Origin: a candidate division WOR-3 bacterium
GTDB taxonomy: Bacteria; Hydrothermota; Tepidihabitantia; Tepidihabitantales; JAOUPE01
Assembly: GCA_039801565.1 (NCBI GenBank)
Contig: JBDRUX010000065.1
Span: 1 to 14,262, forward strand
DNA: 14,262 nucleotides
Direction: 5' to 3'
The position numbers and the translations under genes are program-made. The notes under the pieces were generated by a model. The model saw only the letters and a list, made by a program, of their open reading frames with translations, was not told the DNA's origin and made no database searches. How positions within the stretch are numbered: position 1 is the first letter of the stretch; every line of letters starts with the position of its first letter. Positions 8,721 through 14,262 of the stretch are shown in pieces.

Positions 8721-11700
8721 GCGTCAGCGAAATTCTTTGCTAACAATCTTAAGTTGCATAGTTATTATGTTGGTAACTTTACTTAACTCGCGAATCATTG
8801 GAAATTTTATGATAAATAAAATGCTAAAGTTACTCGAGAAAAACGTCGGAATCAAATTGAGTTACGCTAAGGCTACGGGTGATATCTGGCGGTGTCCAAA
8901 TTTCAATCAGGTGCGGATAATTTTCCCTAGCGGTGATTCAATTCGCGCATCCAGTATCAGTTTCGCCTATAACCCAATTGCATTACTGAGTGGGCGCTGG
9001 CACTTTAATCGTATCACAATCAGCTCGCCAGAAATTTACTGGCACTCAAGCCGAGGGAACCGTGAACTACAGACCGGGTCTGTTTCCGGCAAGCGGTTGA
9101 CCGAGTACGGGGGGCCACTATTCACGATTGCCAATTTCATTGTAACTGATGGCAAAATTTTTCTAAATTCTGAATTACGAGTAGCAAATTGTCAGACAAC
9201 AATTACCGCTAACTCGACCCGAAAATTGTTTGAATTAAGGCTAAGAAAATTTTCCTGTCGATTGCTAAAAGAAAAACTTACCATAACCGAGGCAGCGGGT
9301 ATCTTTTCTTATGATGGTAGCCAACTCAACATTGATACCGTCTCGGTAAAAACCCAAAAAAGCCAAATGGCATTTAAAGGTAAGGTCAATCTTACGAACC
9401 CAGAATACGGAATCCAAATTTCGAGTTTATCACTCGACTTAGCCGAGTTGACTAATGCGGAGGGCAAATTAACTGCCCAAGGCAAGTTTAATATTAGTAA
9501 AACTTATGCCCGAGGTAAGATTAATTTGGTGACGGATGGTGTAGTAATTCAGAAAATTAGTCTACCTAATTTTTGGGGTAAGCTCACGTTAACTGATGGC
9601 GTAGTTAAATACATCTTGAAGACGGTTGATGGACGATCGGTATCACTGCAAGCCGACGGGATAGTTAATCTTTTTGATTTATCTTATGAGGGCGAAATTA
9701 ATTTTCAAAATTTGGCCCCAACCGCTTACTTCCCACTCTCAATTCCACAATTTCGACTCAATGGCGTTATTAGTTTAAATGGGATAAGAACCGATACAAT
9801 AAGACTAAAAATGAAATCTCACCTTTTAAGTCTAAAGGAAACCGTATCTTCGGTTCAGGCGATTGACAGTTTATTTTTGGATTTGGTGCTGAATAAAAGT
9901 AAAGTGGTTATAAATCAAATAAAATTAGCCAAAGTCGACAAAGAAGCAGTAATAAATGGTTTTTGGGCAAAAAACTCGGTAAATCTCAATTATAAACTTT
10001 CTAATTTCCCAGCGAAAATAATTGAAGAGATTTTCAATTTAAAGTTAGCCGGAACTATTAGTGGATTTGGTAAAATTGCCGGTGGCCCTGACTCCTTATC
10101 GGCAATGGCTAATTTAAATTGGCAAGAAAGCACAATTGAACCAATTTCATTCAAAAAAGCCCAACTTGAGTTTAATGTTTCCAACCTTCGCCGATTATGG
10201 TCGCTTCGCCCCGGTAATTGGCAAAATATAAACAAGAATCTAACTCTTGCCATTGATACATTATTTGTTGCCAAAAAAGAAATTGGCAATCTTGTATTGC
10301 ACCTCGACGATACAATTTTTAACCTAATGCTTAAAAACACCAATTTGTCATTACTGACAAAAGGGACAATCGTTTTCGACCGAAATAGCTTTTGGTGTGA
10401 AATTAAGTCTTTGGTATTAACACGCGATGGCGAAACATTTCAAACCAAAGCGCCATTTCGAATTGAACAATCCAATCAGCAATTTAAATTGATTGATTTT
10501 ACCTGCAATCTTGCTGGCGGTGAATTAAATTTGGACTTGATTCTGAGACGCAAGTCAATACCCAATATTAATTTAGTAATGAAAAATGTGGCTCTGGGTA
10601 AACTACAAAAATTTCTTGAACCTTTTAAACAACTTGAACTCTTTAATGGTATCGCCAGTCTTGAGTTAAAAACCAATAAAGAATACGAATTGAATTTTCG
10701 ATTAACCGGTATTAACAACCCTGGCTTGGGAATAAATTTAGACTCAATAATCGGTATGCTTACTATGTCCCAAAACACAATAAAATTTAATAACCTTTGT
10801 CTGGTTCGAAAAACTTTCACTTCCACAATCGCTGGTAGCGTAAACTACTCATTTGATGTTAAAAATCGGAAAGTTAAACTTGGGGACCTTGACTTAAAAA
10901 TCACTTTGGTTGACCCAGGTGTTTGGGTTCTATCATTCTTGCGTGGTATTTTAGATATTAAAACCGGCAGCGTTTACGGCACAATTGAAGTAAAAGGTGA
11001 TGTCCAAAATCCCACTCTTAACGGCCGGGCAGTAGTCAACGATGCTGAATTAGAAATCGTTGCGACTAAATCAAAAGTAACGAAAGTAAATGCCGAGTTA
11101 ATTTTAAATCAGAATCGGATAGTTCTTAGCAAAATCAGTGGACAGGCTGGGCGTGGTCTTGTTACTGCCTCCGGTTGGACCGAATTAGCTGGATTAACCA
11201 AAATAAAATCCCTGCACTACGAAATTAAAGGCCAAGACCTGCCCATCCATCCTCAAAAAGATATTTTTGCAGTCGTCAGTGGCGACCTCGAGATCGCGAT
11301 GCGTGAAAATGAACCCACTTCGCTACAAGGCAATATCAAAGTAAGCGAGGCCCTATTGACCATTGGTTTTGGCGGGGAAGCAAATGGAGCTACTTCTTCG
11401 AATTTAACCTACAATATTTCAGTAAAAGGCGAACGTGGCATATGGTTGCGTAATGCTAATTGCGATATTGAATTGGCGATTGACTTAAACTTAAGAAAAA
11501 CCTTAACCGAAATTTTTTATTCCGGGAACCTCAAAAGTCGACGCGGCAATTTCTATTATCTTGACCATAACTTTAATCTAACTGAAGGAATAATAAAATT
11601 TGATAATATTAATGAATTGAATCCGGAGTTGTCCTTGCAGGGCGAAAAGTATACACGCCCGTTGAAATTGAATTCCGGCGCTTCGGAACGAATTAAGCTC

Positions 11701-12156
11701 GTGTTGCAGTTAACCGGTTCTTTGAAAGAGCCAATTTTTAACTTTAAATCTGAGCCGCCAATTTTATCGCAAGAAGACATCATAACTTATTTAACTTTGA
11801 ATGTGACCACTCAGGAAATCAGCGCAGCGGAACAACAGGCAATCTTCAACAAATTAGTTTCCGAACGTTTCTTGGGTTATTTTGAACGCGAGCTTGCCAA
11901 AAGATTACGGAACTATCTGAAGATAGATTATCTCCAATTCGAAAGCGGGCTTTTTGAAGGTGGTAAAACTACCAAGGTGACCGTTGGTAAGTATATTGCT
12001 CCAAACCTTTACACTACTTACACCCATAATGTGGCAAATTTCTCCCAAGATATTTTTCGGATTGAATATTATATAACTAAATCGCAAGAGTTAGTTGGCG
12101 AACGAGATGAGCAGGGGCGGTATCGATTTAAATATCAATTTAAGTTCCGTTACTGA
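8710..12156 (+). CDS. tamB: Translocation and assembly module TamB / AsmA-like protein (DUF490-type C-terminus), ~1148 aa
   Basis: N-terminal signal anchor (LLTILSCIVIMLVTLL), long beta-rich body, C-terminal TamB pattern (F....NPEL...G, LTGSLKEP...F.SEP.LSQEDIITYL, VTVGKYIAPNLY, IEYYI, terminal FRY). I prefer the ATG at 8710 (11-nt overlap with tamA) to the ORF-track start at 8677. Confidence 0.88.
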   Translation: MLSKRQRNSLLTILSCIVIMLVTLLNSRIIGNFMINKMLKLLEKNVGIKLSYAKATGDIWRCPNFNQVRIIFPSGDSIRASSISFAYNPIALLSGRWHFNRITISSPEIYWHSSRGNRELQTGSVSGKRLTEYGGPLFTIANFIVTDGKIFLNSELRVANCQTTITANSTRKLFELRLRKFSCRLLKEKLTITEAAGIFSYDGSQLNIDTVSVKTQKSQMAFKGKVNLTNPEYGIQISSLSLDLAELTNAEGKLTAQGKFNISKTYARGKINLVTDGVVIQKISLPNFWGKLTLTDGVVKYILKTVDGRSVSLQADGIVNLFDLSYEGEINFQNLAPTAYFPLSIPQFRLNGVISLNGIRTDTIRLKMKSHLLSLKETVSSVQAIDSLFLDLVLNKSKVVINQIKLAKVDKEAVINGFWAKNSVNLNYKLSNFPAKIIEEIFNLKLAGTISGFGKIAGGPDSLSAMANLNWQESTIEPISFKKAQLEFNVSNLRRLWSLRPGNWQNINKNLTLAIDTLFVAKKEIGNLVLHLDDTIFNLMLKNTNLSLLTKGTIVFDRNSFWCEIKSLVLTRDGETFQTKAPFRIEQSNQQFKLIDFTCNLAGGELNLDLILRRKSIPNINLVMKNVALGKLQKFLEPFKQLELFNGIASLELKTNKEYELNFRLTGINNPGLGINLDSIIGMLTMSQNTIKFNNLCLVRKTFTSTIAGSVNYSFDVKNRKVKLGDLDLKITLVDPGVWVLSFLRGILDIKTGSVYGTIEVKGDVQNPTLNGRAVVNDAELEIVATKSKVTKVNAELILNQNRIVLSKISGQAGRGLVTASGWTELAGLTKIKSLHYEIKGQDLPIHPQKDIFAVVSGDLEIAMRENEPTSLQGNIKVSEALLTIGFGGEANGATSSNLTYNISVKGERGIWLRNANCDIELAIDLNLRKTLTEIFYSGNLKSRRGNFYYLDHNFNLTEGIIKFDNINELNPELSLQGEKYTRPLKLNSGASERIKLVLQLTGSLKEPIFNFKSEPPILSQEDIITYLTLNVTTQEISAAEQQAIFNKLVSERFLGYFERELAKRLRNYLKIDYLQFESGLFEGGKTTKVTVGKYIAPNLYTTYTHNVANFSQDIFRIEYYITKSQELVGERDEQGRYRFKYQFKFRY

Positions 12157-12225
12157 ATTTGTGGAGACAAATAAATACAGGTTCAATTCGTTTAAATAGT
12201 TCAAAAGAATGAATGGTAGGTGTCG

Positions 12226-14184
12226 ATGTTTGCTGATGTCGTGATTCCTAATACTAAATTGGATGAATTGACCTATCGCTATGATGAAAATATCCTTCCA
12301 CAATTAAAAGTTGGGTCAGCCGTCAAGGTAAACTTACGGCAAAAAAGAAGCGTCGGTATTGTTGTACGAATTAAAGAAAACACATTAACGCCTAATCCCA
12401 AAGAAATCCAAGCGGTAGTCGAAACTGATTTTTGTAATCCGAAACTTTTAAGGTTAACCAATTGGGTAAGTAAATATTATATTGCCAGTTGGGGTGAAAC
12501 TCTAACCTTAGCTTTTCCGAAAGGAGTTTATGGTTATAGGCCCAAAAAAAATTTTGAGTTATCACTAACAGGGAGAGGCAAACAAGAGAGTACTTCGATT
12601 CTGACATTAGAGCAGCATCGAGTGGTAAAGAGAATTTTACCGAAATTGCAATTAAATAGCTTTAAAATTTTCCTCTTGCACGGAGTAACTGGTAGCGGCA
12701 AAACTGAAATCTATTTGCATTTGATTGAAGAAACGCTAAGACTTAATAAATCAGCAATTGTTTTAGTCCCCGAAATTTCGCTAACGCCGTTTTATTGGGA
12801 GCGATTTAGCCAACGATTTTGCGGTAAATTGATTGTTTTACACTCTGGATTACCCACTGCCCAGCGGAAAAATTATTGGCAACGGATTCGAGCCGGGGAA
12901 TTTCGAGTCGTAATCGGACCACGCTCAGCGGTCTTTGCCCCGGTAAGAAATTTGGGATTGATGGTTGTGGATGAGGAACACGACCCTTCCTATAAAGAAA
13001 AAGAACGCACTCCTCATTATCATGCCCGGGATGTTGCAATTATGCGGGCGAAATTTGAGAATTCCGTAGTAATTTTAGGTAGTGCGACACCATCGGTAGA
13101 ATCTTTTTATAACGCCCAAAATCACCGTTACGAACTTTTAAGTCTTAGATCCCGTATTGATAAAAAGCCCTTACCAAAAGCAATCATTGTTGATATGCGG
13201 CGCTATAAAGAATCTATCTTTTCACCAATTCTTCTTTCGGAAATCAATGATCGGCTTAAAACAGCGGAGCAGATGATTCTATTTTTGAACCGGCGGGGCT
13301 TTTCTCGTTTTATTCTTTGCCCGAATTGTGGTTATGTTCCTAAATGCCGTTTTTGTGGCATTCCTTTAGTTTTTCATAAATCCGAAAAATTGTTATCCTG
13401 CCATTATTGTCGTTATGAGACCGGGTTATTTGATAACTGCCCCAATTGCCAAGGGACCGATTTCTATTATCAAGGTAGTGGAACTCAAAAAATCGAAATG
13501 GAACTTAATCGGCTAGTTGATAAAAATTTAGTTATCCGAATGGACCGCGATTCAACAAGTAAGCGTGGAGCAGCGGAAAAGTTATACGATTTATTCAGTG
13601 CCGGAAAAGCAAAAATTTTGGTCGGGACTCAAATTGTTACAAAAGGTTTTGATTTTCCACAGGTCACGCTATGCGGCGTGATTTCAGCCGACACAATCTT
13701 AAATCTACCGGATTTTCGTTCCGCCGAACGGACTTTTCAAATGCTCACCCAAGTTATCGGCAGAGCGGGCAGAGGTGAATTACCCGGCAAAGCGGTTATC
13801 CAAACCTTTCATAATGATCACTATGCGATACGATATGGTGCCCAACAGAATTTTTTAAAATTCTATGAACGAGAAATAAAAATTCGCGAACAGTTACAAT
13901 ACCCACCCTTTACTAAATTGGTCAGGATTCGAATCTACTCAAATGATGAAAAAATTGCCCTTCGGGCTGGTGAAGACTTGAAAGATAAATTAAATAACAA
14001 AAAAGGTCTGTTAGTTTTGGGCCCAGTACCAGCGTTTCGTCCCCAAAAGCGTTATACCCATATTTTCCAACTGCTGCTAAAAATTCAAAAGGACTGTAAT
14101 TTCCATTCATTGCTGACGCGCCAAAATCTGATTTATCCGAAAGCCAAGGTCGACATTGATGTTGACCCAGTTGAGCTTTTATAA
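12226..14184 (+). CDS. priA: Primosomal protein N' (replication restart helicase PriA), ~652 aa
   Basis: N-terminal 3'-DNA binding domain (FADVVIP..LTY...G..V.V), Walker A LLHGVTGSGKTEIY, LVPEISLT, DEEHDPSYK, GSATPS, FLNRRGFS, four CxxC pairs (CPNC, CRFC, CHYC, CPNC), KGFDFP, PDFRSAERTFQ, GRAGR, terminal IDVDP. ATG 12226 preferred to GTG 12220. Confidence 0.97.
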   Translation: MFADVVIPNTKLDELTYRYDENILPQLKVGSAVKVNLRQKRSVGIVVRIKENTLTPNPKEIQAVVETDFCNPKLLRLTNWVSKYYIASWGETLTLAFPKGVYGYRPKKNFELSLTGRGKQESTSILTLEQHRVVKRILPKLQLNSFKIFLLHGVTGSGKTEIYLHLIEETLRLNKSAIVLVPEISLTPFYWERFSQRFCGKLIVLHSGLPTAQRKNYWQRIRAGEFRVVIGPRSAVFAPVRNLGLMVVDEEHDPSYKEKERTPHYHARDVAIMRAKFENSVVILGSATPSVESFYNAQNHRYELLSLRSRIDKKPLPKAIIVDMRRYKESIFSPILLSEINDRLKTAEQMILFLNRRGFSRFILCPNCGYVPKCRFCGIPLVFHKSEKLLSCHYCRYETGLFDNCPNCQGTDFYYQGSGTQKIEMELNRLVDKNLVIRMDRDSTSKRGAAEKLYDLFSAGKAKILVGTQIVTKGFDFPQVTLCGVISADTILNLPDFRSAERTFQMLTQVIGRAGRGELPGKAVIQTFHNDHYAIRYGAQQNFLKFYEREIKIREQLQYPPFTKLVRIRIYSNDEKIALRAGEDLKDKLNNKKGLLVLGPVPAFRPQKRYTHIFQLLLKIQKDCNFHSLLTRQNLIYPKAKVDIDVDPVELL

Positions 14185-14262
14185 TAAACCTCCCCCGCTT
14201 AACATTGGTCCGCTAAATGCAAAATAGAGAAAGGCAAAAGAAATTAAGCATTAGACGGGAAT

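Noticed and set aside
4312..14110. Short alternative-frame or antisense ORFs inside the TPR, GH57, tamB and priA genes
   Set aside because: They are shadows of long, motif-supported genes and have no independent signals.
14185..14262. Possible terminator or end of a convergent gene after priA
   Set aside because: No convincing hairpin plus U tract, and too little sequence remains to support a CDS.

Overview
Bacterial chromosomal window, diderm on the evidence of Omp85/TamA, TamB and a beta-barrel protein. The gene style suggests an FCB-superphylum lineage such as WOR-3, but that is unverified. Left to right it holds: the 3' ~1.7 kb of a 23S rRNA gene and a 5S rRNA gene; a convergent secreted/outer-membrane protein gene (DUF6588-like) behind a perfect TTGACA-17-TATAAT promoter; and a ~1.1 kb intergenic stretch of decayed mobile DNA. 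That stretch contains an IS1202/ISNCY-type left end with a broken transposase N-terminus, an ISL3 transposase fragment, unassigned debris and a 73-nt poly(A) run. A plus-strand block follows: tRNA-Arg(CCT), a membrane-anchored TPR protein, a GH57 amylopullulanase-like enzyme, TamA/Omp85, TamB and a compact PriA. I see no convincing intact new system. The most notable signals are a shared GANATCTTGAC motif at all three recognisable promoters (two copies form an inverted repeat around the mobile debris), the poly(A) tract against the tRNA promoter, a heptamer microsatellite inside the GH57 gene, and non-E. coli residues at the 23S macrolide/ketolide site.
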